NCBI GenBank assembly: GCA_963766735.1
Contig: CAVYBU010000007.1
Coordinates: 384,001-448,000, forward strand
Direction of reading: 5' to 3'
Length of the DNA: 64,000 nucleotides
From: an uncultured Chloroflexia bacterium
GTDB lineage: Bacteria; Chloroflexota; Limnocylindria; Limnocylindrales; CSP1-4
Part shown: positions 19,734-31,114 of the stretch, one piece after another
Numbering within the stretch: the stretch's first letter is position 1
Layout: each line of letters begins with the position of its first letter
Translations under genes and position numbers: made by a program
Notes under the pieces: generated by a model
Database searches by the model: none
What the model saw: the letters and a program-made list of their open reading frames with translations, nothing else
Told to the model about the DNA's origin: nothing

Positions 19734-19988
19734 ATGGCGCTCCAGCTCACCGTGCCGGCCATCGCTCAGGATCTCGCCCAGGACGCTTCGCGCCTTGCCC
19801 CGCACCGAATCAAGCGCTGCACCTTCCGGCGCCTGATCTCGCTGGACCGACCCCAGGAGCGCATCTACGAGGTCGAGTGCCTGTACCCGGATCGCACGGT
19901 GCCGATACCGCTGGGCGACCTGGACAGCAGCCTGCCGATCTGCAACACGTGCACGGCGGCGCACATCTTCCGAGCGGACGAGGACTGA
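19734..19988 (+). CDS. Small hypothetical protein with 4 Cys (C..C..CxxC)
   Basis: 84-aa ORF with GC3-biased codons and upstream GGAGG. Confidence 0.7.
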   Translation: MALQLTVPAIAQDLAQDASRLAPHRIKRCTFRRLISLDRPQERIYEVECLYPDRTVPIPLGDLDSSLPICNTCTAAHIFRADED

Positions 19989-20069
19989 CCCCGGCATCGC
20001 AGCGGCGCTCTTGGCCACGGCCAGTCCCTCGGGAGGACAATCCGCGGCATCGGCGCCAACTCGGGTGAG

Positions 20070-20421
20070 GCGCCAGCGAGGCGGCCTGTAAGCCGAGTTC
20101 TGTACCGCGGCTCGCGCCGCGGTGACGGTCATCCATCTGGGGCCGCCGGTTGCCCGACGGCTCATGCAGCCGACCCGAGGGCTGGGCAGCGCACCTCTCC
20201 CCCCGGCGAACCGGGGTTGCGCCCTCCTATTTGGCCTTGCTCCGGGTGGAGTTTGCCGCGTTTCACTCCGGCCCCGAAGGGCCGGCATCGTCACTGTGGC
20301 ACTGGTCCTCGCCTCACGGCGGACGGGCGTTACCCGCCACCCTGCGCTGGGGAGCTCGGACTTTCCTCACGCCGCCCGGTTGCCCGGCCGACGCGCGACC
20401 ATCCGGCCGCCTCGCTGGCGC
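20070..20421 (-). ncRNA. rnpB: RNase P RNA (type A)
   Basis: Conserved GAGGAAAGTCCGAGC and ACAGAACTCGGCTTAC segments; 17-bp P1 helix between 20070-20086 and 20405-20421; TACACT -10 box at 20426-20431. Confidence 0.95.
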
Positions 20422-20505
20422 ACCCAGTGTAGGTCAACCGATCGACGAGCCCCCGGACCGGATCTCCGGTACCCCGACTGGTGGGACATGTGCTGGCACC
20501 GCCGG

Positions 20506-21135
20506 CTACAGGAGGCCCCGGACGACCTCGGCCACGGCCCGCCCGAGGACCCCGTGGGAGACGGCGTTGAGATGCACCCCGTCAGCCGGATCGCCGCTCA
20601 CCAGCGCCGACGCGTCCAGGAACGCGACGTCCCTCATCTCCGCCACAACCGCATACAGCCGCGGCAGGCGGTCGCTCGCGGCCCGCGCCGCCCCGAAGCC
20701 CCACAGCTCGGAGCGCTCCGTGGTCGTGCCGAGGCGCGGCGGCGCCAGCAGGAGCACGGTCGGCGGTCCCCCACCGGGACCCGCGCCGGATGCGAGCGCC
20801 AGGTCGATCAAGGCCCCCACGGCCGTGGCGATCTCGTGCGGCTGCCGGCCGAAGATCGACTTCAGGTCGTTGGTGCCGAGCATCAGCACCAGGACGTCGA
20901 CCGGCGCGTGGGACCGCAGGCACGGGAGCAGGTAGGGCCTGCCGTTCCGCCCACCCATGAACGGGTCGTCCCAAAGCGTCGTCCGGCCGTTGAGGCCCTC
21001 CTCGATCACCTCGGCAGCACCGGCGAGCTCGGCAGCGAGCACCCCCGGCCACCGGACGTCCCGCGGGAAGCGCGCCAGCGTCACGGGTTCGGCGCCGTGC
21101 GTGTTCGAGTCGCCATAGCAGACGACGGTGGCCAT
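20506..21135 (-). CDS. SGNH/GDSL hydrolase
   Basis: YGDSNT, EEGLNGRT, MLGTND, DGVHL. Confidence 0.92.
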   Translation of the reverse strand: MATVVCYGDSNTHGAEPVTLARFPRDVRWPGVLAAELAGAAEVIEEGLNGRTTLWDDPFMGGRNGRPYLLPCLRSHAPVDVLVLMLGTNDLKSIFGRQPHEIATAVGALIDLALASGAGPGGGPPTVLLLAPPRLGTTTERSELWGFGAARAASDRLPRLYAVVAEMRDVAFLDASALVSGDPADGVHLNAVSHGVLGRAVAEVVRGLL

Positions 21136-21165
21136 CAGCCTCTCCTCTCCGCGTTGCGTCCCGTC

Positions 21166-21648
21166 TCAGGCCTGCGGCGCCACCCGCCGCGCACGCGCCA
21201 CGCGCATCGGACCGCCGGCAGCGACGCGATCCAGCGCCTCGTTGGCGAGCCGATCTGCCGTTGAATTCTGCGCCCGGGGCACATGCGTCGCCGACCAGCT
21301 CCTGAAGCCGCCCAGCATCACCTTTGCCTCTACCCAAAGGGGCTGCAGCTTCGCGTCCTTCACCCGCCACCGGCCGTGGAGCTGCTCCACGATCAGCTTG
21401 GAGTCCAGGAACATGTCCACCCGCTCGGCGCCCAGGCGCTGGGCGAGCTTGAGCGCTTCCACGACGCCGGTCCACTCAGCCACGTTGTTCGTCTGGTGGC
21501 CGAGCGCCTCGGAGATCGTCGCGTCGGGGGGTGCTGCCGGGTCGAGCGCGTCGGCGCGCGAGCCGTCGATCAGCGCGGCGCCCAGCGATGCCGGGCCCGG
21601 GTTGCCCCGCGCCGCCCCGTCCGTCCGGATGACGAGATGCGGGATCAC
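21166..21648 (-). CDS. rnhA: Ribonuclease HI family protein
   Basis: TDGAARGNPG, TNNVAE, DSKLIVEQ, HVPRAQN..ADRLAN; GTG start inferred. Confidence 0.88.
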   Translation of the reverse strand: MIPHLVIRTDGAARGNPGPASLGAALIDGSRADALDPAAPPDATISEALGHQTNNVAEWTGVVEALKLAQRLGAERVDMFLDSKLIVEQLHGRWRVKDAKLQPLWVEAKVMLGGFRSWSATHVPRAQNSTADRLANEALDRVAAGGPMRVARARRVAPQA

Positions 21649-21674
21649 GGGCAGCGTGCCCTCGCCCCGAGTGC

Positions 21675-22376
21675 TCAGGCGCGTCGCCCCACGATCGCCG
21701 AGGACACCTCGAGGATCGCCTGGGTGATGTGGATCCCGCGCGGGCAGGCATCCACGCAGTTGAAGATCGTCCGGCAGCGCCAGACGCCGTCCCGGTCGGC
21801 CAGGATCTCGAGCCGCTCTTCTGCGGCGTCGTCCCGCGAATCGAAGATGAACCGGTGCGCGTTCACGATCGCCGCCGGCCCCACGTAGTCGGGCTGCGCC
21901 CAGAAGGACGGGCAGGAGGACGTGCACGAGGCGCACAGGATGCACTTCGTGGTGTCGTCGAACCTGGCCCGGTCCTCGGCCGACTGGCGCCGCTCCCGCT
22001 CGGGCACCGGGTTGTCGTTCTGGAGATAGGGCTGGACGCTCCGGAACTTGGCGAAGAAGGCATCCATGTCCACCACGAGGTCCTTCATCACCGGCAGGCC
22101 AGGCAGCGGGGCAACGGTGATCTTCCTGCCGCCCAGCTGATCGACACGGATCTTGCAGGCGAGCCGGTTCCGGCCGTTGATCAGCATGGCGTCCGAGCCG
22201 CAGACGCCGTGGGCGCACGACCGGCGGAACGTCAGCGTGCCGTCCTGCTCGAACTTGACCTTGTGCAGCAGGTCCAGGACCCGGTCCATCGGGCCGGCCT
22301 CAACCTGGTACGTCTGGACGTGGGGCTTGGAGTCCTTCTCCGGGTCGAAGCGGAGGACGCGAAGCTCGACGGGCAT
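21675..22376 (-). CDS. sdhB: Succinate dehydrogenase iron-sulfur subunit
   Basis: SCAHGVCGSD, CILCASCTSSCP, CRTIFNCVDACP. Confidence 0.96.
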   Translation of the reverse strand: MPVELRVLRFDPEKDSKPHVQTYQVEAGPMDRVLDLLHKVKFEQDGTLTFRRSCAHGVCGSDAMLINGRNRLACKIRVDQLGGRKITVAPLPGLPVMKDLVVDMDAFFAKFRSVQPYLQNDNPVPERERRQSAEDRARFDDTTKCILCASCTSSCPSFWAQPDYVGPAAIVNAHRFIFDSRDDAAEERLEILADRDGVWRCRTIFNCVDACPRGIHITQAILEVSSAIVGRRA

Positions 22377-22391
22377 CGTTCTCTCCTCCGC

Positions 22392-24167
22392 TCAGTAGAC
22401 GCGCGGCTTGGGCTGGAACTTGGTGATCGTGACCGGCTTGTAGGCCAGCTCGACCCCGCCTTCGCCCCTGGTCGCCAGTGAGTGGGTGAGGAAGTTCACG
22501 TCGTCCCGGTCGGGGTAGTCCTCCCGGCTGTGGGCGCCGCGGCTCTCCTTGCGGGCGAGCGCGGCGGCGACCGTCGTCTCCGCGCAGTCGAGCAGGTAGC
22601 CCAGCTCGCGTGCCTCCAGGAGGTCCGTGTTGAACACGGTGCCCTTGTCGTTGACGCCGACGTTCGCGTAGCGCCCGCGCAGGGCGGCGACACCGTCCCG
22701 GGCACGGGTCAGAGCCGTCTCGTCCCGGTAGACGCCCACGTCGTCCATCATCACGTCCGCAAGGTCAGTCCGGATCGCCGCGGCCCGCTCGCCGCCCTCC
22801 CGACCGCGGATCGCCTCGATCTCGGCGCGGACGGGCTCCATGACGGAGGCGTCGACTGCAGGCATCTCGATCCCCTTGAGGTCAAGCGCCATCTGGCGGC
22901 CGGCCCGCCGGCCGAAGACCAGCAGGTCCACGAGCGAGTTCGTGCCCAGGCGGTTGGCGCCGTGGACTGACACGCAGGCCGCCTCGCCCGCGGAGTAGAG
23001 CCCGGGGACCACGATGCTGTCCGTGTTTCGGATGACGCGGTTGACCATGTCGGCCGGTCGGATGACGCGGGTGACGAGGTCCGTCGGGATGCCGCCCATC
23101 GCGTAGTGCGCGGTCGGCTGGATCGGGATCGGGTCCGTGTAGGGTTCGATGCCCTGGTACACCCTGACGAAGTCCGTGATGTCCGGCAGCTTCTCGTCGA
23201 TCATCTTCCGGCCGAGGTGGCGGACGTCGAGGTAGACGTAGTCCTTGCCGTCGATGCCGCGGCCGGCCCGGATCTCCTGGACGATGGCGCGGCTGACCAT
23301 GTCGCGCGGCGCAAGCTCCATGAGCTTGGGGGCGTAGCGCTCCATGAACCGGAAGCCGTCGTTGTCGAGGAGGTAGGCGCCCTCGCCACGGGCCGCCTCG
23401 GACAGGAGGATCCCGATCCCGACGATCCCGGTGGGATGGAACTGGTAGAACTCCATGTCCTGGAGCGGGACGCCGTGGCGGTACGCGAGGGCACAGCCGT
23501 CTCCGGTCAGGCTCCACGCGTTGGAGGTGACCCGGAACATCCGGCCGAAGCCGCCCGTCGCGAGCAGCACGGCCTTGGATCGCAGCACCACCAGCTCGCC
23601 GTCGGCGATCCGGTACGCGACGACGCCGGCGGCCCTCCCGCCGGAACCGAGGTCCCCACCCTCGGTCACGAGGTCCACCACGTGGTACTCGTCGTAGAAC
23701 TTGACACCGGCCTTGAGGCACTGCTGGTACAGGGTCTGGAGGATCATGTGGCCCGTGCGGTCGGCCGCGAAGCACGCCCGCATCACGGCGGCCTCGCCGT
23801 AGTTGCGGGTGTGCCCGCCAAACCGGCGCTGGTCGATCTTCCCGTCGGGCGTCCGGTTGAACGGCAGGCCCATGTGCTCGAGCTCGATCACGGTCTCGAT
23901 GGCCTCGCGGGCGAGGACCTCGGCCGCGTCCTGGTCCACCAGGTAGTCGCCACCCTTGATGGTGTCGAACATGTGCCACTCCCAGTGGTCCTCCTCCTGG
24001 TTGCCCAGGGCGGCACACACGCCGCCCTGGGCGGCGCCGGTGTGGGAGCGGGTCGGGTACAGCTTCGTGATCACGGCCGAGTCAACGCCGGCCTTGGCGA
24101 GCTCCAGGGCGGCCCACAGGCCGGCGCCCCCGGCGCCGACGATCAGGGCGTCGTGGTCGCGGATCAT
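22392..24167 (-). CDS. sdhA: Succinate dehydrogenase flavoprotein subunit
   Basis: [41 protein letters not shown]. Confidence 0.97.
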   Translation of the reverse strand: MIRDHDALIVGAGGAGLWAALELAKAGVDSAVITKLYPTRSHTGAAQGGVCAALGNQEEDHWEWHMFDTIKGGDYLVDQDAAEVLAREAIETVIELEHMGLPFNRTPDGKIDQRRFGGHTRNYGEAAVMRACFAADRTGHMILQTLYQQCLKAGVKFYDEYHVVDLVTEGGDLGSGGRAAGVVAYRIADGELVVLRSKAVLLATGGFGRMFRVTSNAWSLTGDGCALAYRHGVPLQDMEFYQFHPTGIVGIGILLSEAARGEGAYLLDNDGFRFMERYAPKLMELAPRDMVSRAIVQEIRAGRGIDGKDYVYLDVRHLGRKMIDEKLPDITDFVRVYQGIEPYTDPIPIQPTAHYAMGGIPTDLVTRVIRPADMVNRVIRNTDSIVVPGLYSAGEAACVSVHGANRLGTNSLVDLLVFGRRAGRQMALDLKGIEMPAVDASVMEPVRAEIEAIRGREGGERAAAIRTDLADVMMDDVGVYRDETALTRARDGVAALRGRYANVGVNDKGTVFNTDLLEARELGYLLDCAETTVAAALARKESRGAHSREDYPDRDDVNFLTHSLATRGEGGVELAYKPVTITKFQPKPRVY

Positions 24168-24559
24168 GGCTGCACCGGGAAATTGAGCGTCATGACGGCG
24201 ATCGTGCCCATCGCGAAGACGATGAACGCGCCGATGTAGAGAGCCATCGTGAGCACGGTGCGGAGGCCGCCCTTCGTGTAGTCCTGGACGACCGTGCGCA
24301 TGCCCATGAAGGCGTGAAACACGACGAAGGTGAGCATCAGCCAGTCGGCGGTCCGCCAGGCGATGCTCCCCCACCGCTCATCGAGGATCCACTGGGCCGT
24401 CTGGTCCTTCGGGTCGTAGAGGAAGTGGACGATGATGTAGTGCGCGAGGGCGGTCACGAACAGGCCCACGGCCGTCAGCCGCATCAGGTACCAGATCGCG
24501 AGCTCCCAGCCGCCGCCAGACGGGCGGACGCGGCCGGCACGGGGATTTCGAGTGGTCAT
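24164..24559 (-). CDS. sdhD: Succinate dehydrogenase membrane anchor
   Basis: [22 protein letters not shown]; three TM helices. Confidence 0.88.
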   Translation of the reverse strand: MTTRNPRAGRVRPSGGGWELAIWYLMRLTAVGLFVTALAHYIIVHFLYDPKDQTAQWILDERWGSIAWRTADWLMLTFVVFHAFMGMRTVVQDYTKGGLRTVLTMALYIGAFIVFAMGTIAVMTLNFPVQP

Positions 24560-24942
24560 GACTGGAACCTGAAGGGGGGCTCGAGCCCGAAGGCCGGGGC
24601 CATGATCTGGATGAGGATCGGCAGGCCGATCAGGGCGAACAGGACCCAGTTCGCGTACCACATCTGCTTGTGGTACCGGGTCATCGACGGCCAGAAGTCC
24701 ATGATGATGATCCGCAGGCCGTTGAGCGCGTGGTACAGGAGCGCGGCACCAAGCAGGGACTCCACGACACGCCCGCCCGGACTGCCGTAGATCACCAGGA
24801 GCTCGTCGTAGAGCGCCGGGTTGACGCTGGCGAGCCAGATGTCGAAGACGTGGAGCAGGATGAACGCCCAGATGGCGACACCCGAGAGGCGATGGAACGC
24901 CCAGGCGAGCATTCCCTCGCTACCCCGATACCGCAGGAGCAT
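24556..24942 (-). CDS. sdhC: Succinate dehydrogenase cytochrome b556 subunit
   Basis: WAFHRLSG, YHALNGLRI. Confidence 0.9.
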   Translation of the reverse strand: MLLRYRGSEGMLAWAFHRLSGVAIWAFILLHVFDIWLASVNPALYDELLVIYGSPGGRVVESLLGAALLYHALNGLRIIIMDFWPSMTRYHKQMWYANWVLFALIGLPILIQIMAPAFGLEPPFRFQS

Positions 24943-25001
24943 GGAGCCTCCGTGTCTCCCCGGCCCGCTGTCGCGGGTCGCGATGACGCGTGCCCGGCCG
25001 G

Positions 25002-26006
25002 TCAGCCGAGGCGCGCGATGATGGCGTCCGCGAACTCCCTGGTGCCCGCGGGACCGCCGAGATCGTAGGTCGTGGACTTGCCTTCGGCGATGACTTCGCG
25101 CATGGCGGTCTCGACGCGGACCGCCGCATCCTGCTCGCCGAGGTGGCGGAGCATGAGCACGCCCGACAGCATGAGCGCGGTGGGATTCGCCTTGTTGAGG
25201 CCCGCGTACTTGGGCGCCGAGCCATGCACCGGTTCGAAGACGGACGCCTCGGTGCCGATGTTGGCGCCCGGCGCCACGCCGAGGCCGCCCACGAGGCCGG
25301 CGCACAGGTCGCTCACGATGTCACCGTACAGGTTCGGCAGGACCATGACGTCGTAGAGCTCAGGCTTCTGCACCAGCTGCATGCACATGTTGTCGACGAT
25401 GCGATCCTCGAACTCGATCTTGCCGGCGTAGTCGGCCGCCACGGTCCGGCAGCTCTCAAGGAACAGCCCGTCGGAGAGCTTCATGATGTTGGCCTTGTGG
25501 ACCGCCGTGACCTTCCGGCGGCCGTTCGCGACGGCGTACTCGAACGCGAACCGGGCAATCCGCTCCGAGGCCGCCCGGGTGATGATCTTGATGCTCTCAG
25601 CCGCGTCCGGGCCCACCATGTGTTCGATGCCCGCGTACAGGTCCTCGGTGTTCTCGCGCACGATCACCAGGTCCACGTCCTGGTAGCGCGTGTCCAGGCC
25701 CTTGATGGACCGGGCCGGTCGCAGGTTCGCATACAGGCCGAGCACCTGGCGCAGCGTGACGTTGACGCTCCGGAACCCGGACCCGACCGGGGTCGTGATC
25801 GGGCCCTTGAGGGCGACCTTGTTGCGGCGGATGGACTCGAGGACATGTTCGGGCAGCGGCGTCCCGTACTGGGCCATGACGCCCTCCCCGGCGTCCTGGA
25901 CCTCCCAGTCGAAGGCGACGCCGGAGGCGTCGAGCACGCGACGAGTTGCCTCCGCCAGCTCCGGACCGATGCCGTCGCCGGGAATGAGCGTGACGTTGTA
26001 GGGCAT
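25002..26006 (-). CDS. icd: Isocitrate/isopropylmalate dehydrogenase family, probably NAD-dependent isocitrate dehydrogenase
   Basis: [41 protein letters not shown]; TCA gene context. Confidence 0.85.
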   Translation of the reverse strand: MPYNVTLIPGDGIGPELAEATRRVLDASGVAFDWEVQDAGEGVMAQYGTPLPEHVLESIRRNKVALKGPITTPVGSGFRSVNVTLRQVLGLYANLRPARSIKGLDTRYQDVDLVIVRENTEDLYAGIEHMVGPDAAESIKIITRAASERIARFAFEYAVANGRRKVTAVHKANIMKLSDGLFLESCRTVAADYAGKIEFEDRIVDNMCMQLVQKPELYDVMVLPNLYGDIVSDLCAGLVGGLGVAPGANIGTEASVFEPVHGSAPKYAGLNKANPTALMLSGVLMLRHLGEQDAAVRVETAMREVIAEGKSTTYDLGGPAGTREFADAIIARLG

Positions 26007-26266
26007 GCGGCGATTGTAGCCGCGCCATCCGCGCCCGATGGCTGACTTCCGGGCCCTGCTGGAGGGCCATTGCGCCCGTCCTCAGACCGTGCGGGCCGGA
26101 ATGGGTGACAACGAGGGGCCGTCCGGCCATGACGGACATCCGCCATCCCTGTCGAGACTCTGTCGCATCGCCCGACCCGGGGCCGGCCCTGTGCCGGCGC
26201 ACGCCGGGCCGCGGTCGGCCAACCGTCGTCCCGCCCCGGCGGGCCGGCCAAGGGAAGGTGAGCCTC

Positions 26267-27043
26267 ATGACACGGACCCGCTGGGCGCTCGTCATGGCCC
26301 TCGCAACAACGCTCCTCGTGGGAGCCTGCGGCGGCACCGACAGCGCGACGGCCACGCCTCCGGATACCAGTCCCGCAGCCACGGCCGGGGTGGCCACCTC
26401 CGCCCCCGCCCCGAACGTTGGGACGGGAATCGGCGGCGCCGTCACGGCGCTGGAAGACCTCACCTCGTACACGTTCGCGATAGGCATCGCCGCCGAGGGC
26501 ACAGCCGGCTTCTCATTCGTGCCGTCCGACGGCAGCATGACGATCAGCGGCACCGCGATCCTCGAGCCCGAGATCGCCATGGACCTGACGATGTCCACCA
26601 GGGACGCGGCCGGTGCGGAGGCAGCCTTCGGCTACCGGATCATCGGCGACCAGGCGTATGTGAGTCTCGGAACCGACATGTGGATCGAGACCTCCGCCGA
26701 GGACGCCCAGCGCACCGTCGAATCCCTCAAGCCCGGGGGCTTCCTGTCCAGCTTCGGCAGCATGGACGCCATGCAACCGGTCGGCGACGAGATGAAGAAC
26801 GGCGTCTCGTGCACCCATTACTCGGGCGAGGCACCCGCGGCGCTGGGCGCCATGTTCGGGCTGCCGGCCGGCACCTGGACCACGGAGGCCTGGGTTGCCA
26901 AGGATGGCGGCTACGTGGTCTCGGCCGCCGTCACGGGCGAGGCACCCGACGGAACGTTCACGATGACCGTGGACATCGGCGACTTCAACTCTCCCAGCAA
27001 CACCGTCGAGGCACCGTCTGACTTCACGCCGATGGGCGGCTGA
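26267..27043 (+). CDS. Putative lipoprotein (LppX/LprA-like fold possible)
   Basis: Signal peptide ending LLVGAC (lipobox), Ala/Pro/Thr linker, beta-rich domain. Confidence 0.75.
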   Translation: MTRTRWALVMALATTLLVGACGGTDSATATPPDTSPAATAGVATSAPAPNVGTGIGGAVTALEDLTSYTFAIGIAAEGTAGFSFVPSDGSMTISGTAILEPEIAMDLTMSTRDAAGAEAAFGYRIIGDQAYVSLGTDMWIETSAEDAQRTVESLKPGGFLSSFGSMDAMQPVGDEMKNGVSCTHYSGEAPAALGAMFGLPAGTWTTEAWVAKDGGYVVSAAVTGEAPDGTFTMTVDIGDFNSPSNTVEAPSDFTPMGG

Positions 27044-27136
27044 CAACCACGGTCCTCTGCTTGCGGCCGGAGCCGCGCACTTGGCGGTTATGATCGGTCC
27101 CAGTCACACCCGTCCGCCGGAGGTCTCGCCCGTCGC

Positions 27137-28317
<1,181 letters not shown>

Positions 28318-28321
<4 letters not shown>

Positions 28322-29202
28322 GCATCCTCATCGGGCGCGACACGCGGCTCGTGGTCCAGGGCATCACCGGCCGCGAGGGCGAGTTCCACAGCAGGGCGAT
28401 GCTCGACTACGGCACCCCCCTGGTCGCCGGCATGACTCCGGGCAAGGGCGGCCAGATGGCGCTCGATGGCCGGGTTCCGGTGTTCAACACCGTGAGCGAG
28501 GCCGTCCGCGAGACCGGCGCCAACACGTCGTGCATCTTCGTGCCTGCCGGCGGTGCTCCCGATGCGGTGCTCGAGGCGATTGATGCCGGCATCACCACGA
28601 TCTTCTGCATCACGGAGGGCATCCCGGCGCTGGACATGGTCCCCGTCGTCGAGGTGGCCCGACGCGCAGGCGCCCACCTCGTCGGGCCCAACTGCCCGGG
28701 CGCCACGTCCCCCGGCCGCGCGAAGGTCGGCATCATCCCGGGCTCGATCCATCGCGAAGGGCGCGTCGGCGTGGTCTCGCGCTCCGGCACCCTCACCTAC
28801 GAGGCCGTCCAGGCGATGACGGACGCCGGCGTCGGGCAGTCCACGTGCGTGGGGATCGGCGGCGATCCGGTGATCGGGACCCAGTTCCTCGACGTCCTCG
28901 AGCTGTTTGCGGCGGATCCCGAGACCGAGGCGCTGGTGCTGATCGGCGAGATCGGCGGCGCGGCCGAGGAGGAGGCGGCGGCCTGGGCAGCGGAGCACAT
29001 GGCCGACGTCCCGAAGGTCGCGTTCATCGCCGGCCGCACTGCGCCCGAGGGGAAGCGCATGGGTCATGCCGGCGCGATCATCTCGGGCGGCAGGGGCACG
29101 GCGGCCTCCAAGGTCACGGCTCTCGAGGCCGCGGGGTTCCGGGTCGCGAACTCGCCCACCGAGCTGCCAGCGCTCCTGCGCGAGGCCGGCTACCGGGGCT
29201 GA
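28318..29202 (+). CDS. sucD: Succinyl-CoA ligase alpha subunit
   Basis: [28 protein letters not shown]. Confidence 0.97.
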
Positions 29203-29354
29203 CGCATGCGGCGACCGACGGACGACCCGGAAACGACCTTCTGCGCTCGAGAAATCGCGGCGTCGGCAGCGCTGGGGCGGCCGTAGACTAGTCGACCTGC
29301 GACCCGGCACCTGCCGTGTCGCGAGATGGAAGGAGGATCGGCGCCCCGGCGCCC

Positions 29355-29825
29355 ATGGGAAGTCTGATGGACCTCGTCGCGGGTGACGCCCGTGACATCG
29401 TCCTCGCCCTCTCGATCGACGACGTGGCAGCGTTTGAGGATCCGGACCGGTTTGTCGCCCATCTGCCCCTCGGCGGTGGACTGGACCCAACCTGGCTGGA
29501 CCTCTTCTCGGAAGCCGTTCGATCCGTGACCGGGCTCGAGGACCTCGTCGACTTCCTGGATGCCCGGATGGAGATCGAAGGGGCGGCGGCGGCGGGCGAG
29601 CGGATCGTCGACAGGGTGGATCGGGACTGGGTCGAGGCCGTCGCCCAGGTGCCCGAGGATCATCTCGGCGCCCTGGCCGGGCGATGGATCGAGCTCCTGG
29701 AGGAGGAGCTGGGATTGCTCCCCCGGGAGGAGAAGCCCTGGATCCGGGACCTGGCGGGGCGCATCGTCGCGTTCTGCCGAGCGTCCTCCGAGGCGCGGGA
29801 CGTCATCTTCGCCTGGGCCTTCTGA
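29355..29825 (+). CDS. Hypothetical acidic protein
   Basis: GC3-biased ORF of ~156 aa; no recognisable motif; start uncertain. Confidence 0.7.
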   Translation: MGSLMDLVAGDARDIVLALSIDDVAAFEDPDRFVAHLPLGGGLDPTWLDLFSEAVRSVTGLEDLVDFLDARMEIEGAAAAGERIVDRVDRDWVEAVAQVPEDHLGALAGRWIELLEEELGLLPREEKPWIRDLAGRIVAFCRASSEARDVIFAWAF

Positions 29826-29910
29826 GCGGCGACTGTCAGGGTCCGATCCGCCCCCTCCCGGGTCTCCTCCGGCCCTCCCCTGCTCGCGTTGGGAAGCCCA
29901 TCCTGTTCGC

Positions 29911-30579
29911 ATGAGCACAATCGACCCGGCACCCGGTGCCTTCCCCCCGCTCGCGGAGCCGCCGCTCGACCAGGGCGGCTGGGCGATCGCGGAACCGTGG
30001 CTCCGCCGCGGCTTCAAGATCCTCAATCAGCGATTCATGATCCCGATCCACCGGGCCGGCCTCGGTGCCTGGCTCTCGACCCCGATCGGCGGCTACATGC
30101 TCCTTCTCCGGGCCCGCGGCCGGAAGAGCGGGGTGATGCGCGAGACGCCACTCGGCTACCTTGTCGCGGAGGGCTCCGCCTGGGTGCTGGCCGGCTTCGG
30201 GCCGCGGACGGAGTGGTACCGGAACCTGTGCGCCGACGCGCACGTGGAGGTGTGGATGCCGGGAGGGCGCCACGCGGCGATCGCCGTGGAGGAGCTGGAC
30301 CCCGCCGTTCGCGCCCGGATACTGCCGCCGCTGCTGAGATCCATGGGCGGCCCCGGACTCATGATTGGCGTCAACCCGTGGACGGCATCGGATGAGGCGA
30401 TCATCGAGGCTCTCGCATGGGTCCCCCTGATCCGGATCAGCCCCGACGATGGTCCCCTCGAGGCCGGACCGGACGATCCCGGCGGGTACAACTGGATCTG
30501 GCGCCAGGCCATCGCCCTTGGGGCCACGTGGCTGGCGTGGCGCGTCCTCCGGCGATCGATCGGGCGCATCCTGGGCTGA
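29911..30579 (+). CDS. Deazaflavin (F420)-dependent nitroreductase family protein with C-terminal membrane anchor
   Basis: LLLRARGRKSG..RETPL, GFGPRTEWYRNL. Confidence 0.85.
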   Translation: MSTIDPAPGAFPPLAEPPLDQGGWAIAEPWLRRGFKILNQRFMIPIHRAGLGAWLSTPIGGYMLLLRARGRKSGVMRETPLGYLVAEGSAWVLAGFGPRTEWYRNLCADAHVEVWMPGGRHAAIAVEELDPAVRARILPPLLRSMGGPGLMIGVNPWTASDEAIIEALAWVPLIRISPDDGPLEAGPDDPGGYNWIWRQAIALGATWLAWRVLRRSIGRILG

Positions 30580-30612
30580 GTCGGCTTCGCCAGGCACCCC
30601 CGTCCGCGGCGA

Positions 30613-31101
30613 TCAGGTCGAGGCGGGATACCCGAGAGCAGCCCACGAAGGGCCGCCCGGCGCCTCGATGAGCTCCACCAGCACCCCGTGGCATGTGCGC
30701 GGATGCAGGAAGGCCACGGGCCCCTCGGCACCCTTGCGCGGCGCGCTGTCGATCAGCTCGATTCCGTCCATCTCCAGGCGCATCAGCGTCTCGGACAGGT
30801 TGGCCACCTCGAAGCAGACGTGGTGGAACCCCTCGCCCTTCGCGGCCAGGAACCGCGCCACGCCCGTCGTGTCGTCGGTGGGCTGGACAAGCTCCACCTT
30901 CGACTCCCCCACCGGCAGGAAGGCGATGGTGCTCCTGTCGTGCTCCATGTGGACGACCAGGTCCACAGGCAAGCCGAGCATGTCCCGCCAGAACCCGAGA
31001 GAGCGGTCGATGTCGGCCACGACCAGGGCGACGTGGTGGATCCTTCCCAGCTTCCGGATGGGCTCCGGCACCCTGGAGACCTCGCGGGTCGAGTCCGTCA
31101 T
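30613..31101 (-). CDS. mce: Methylmalonyl-CoA epimerase
   Basis: IHHVALVV, KVELVQP, GEGFHHVCFEV, FLHP..CHGVLVEL; adjacent to the mutase. Confidence 0.92.
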   Translation of the reverse strand: MTDSTREVSRVPEPIRKLGRIHHVALVVADIDRSLGFWRDMLGLPVDLVVHMEHDRSTIAFLPVGESKVELVQPTDDTTGVARFLAAKGEGFHHVCFEVANLSETLMRLEMDGIELIDSAPRKGAEGPVAFLHPRTCHGVLVELIEAPGGPSWAALGYPAST

Positions 31102-31114
31102 TGCCTCGTCCTCC

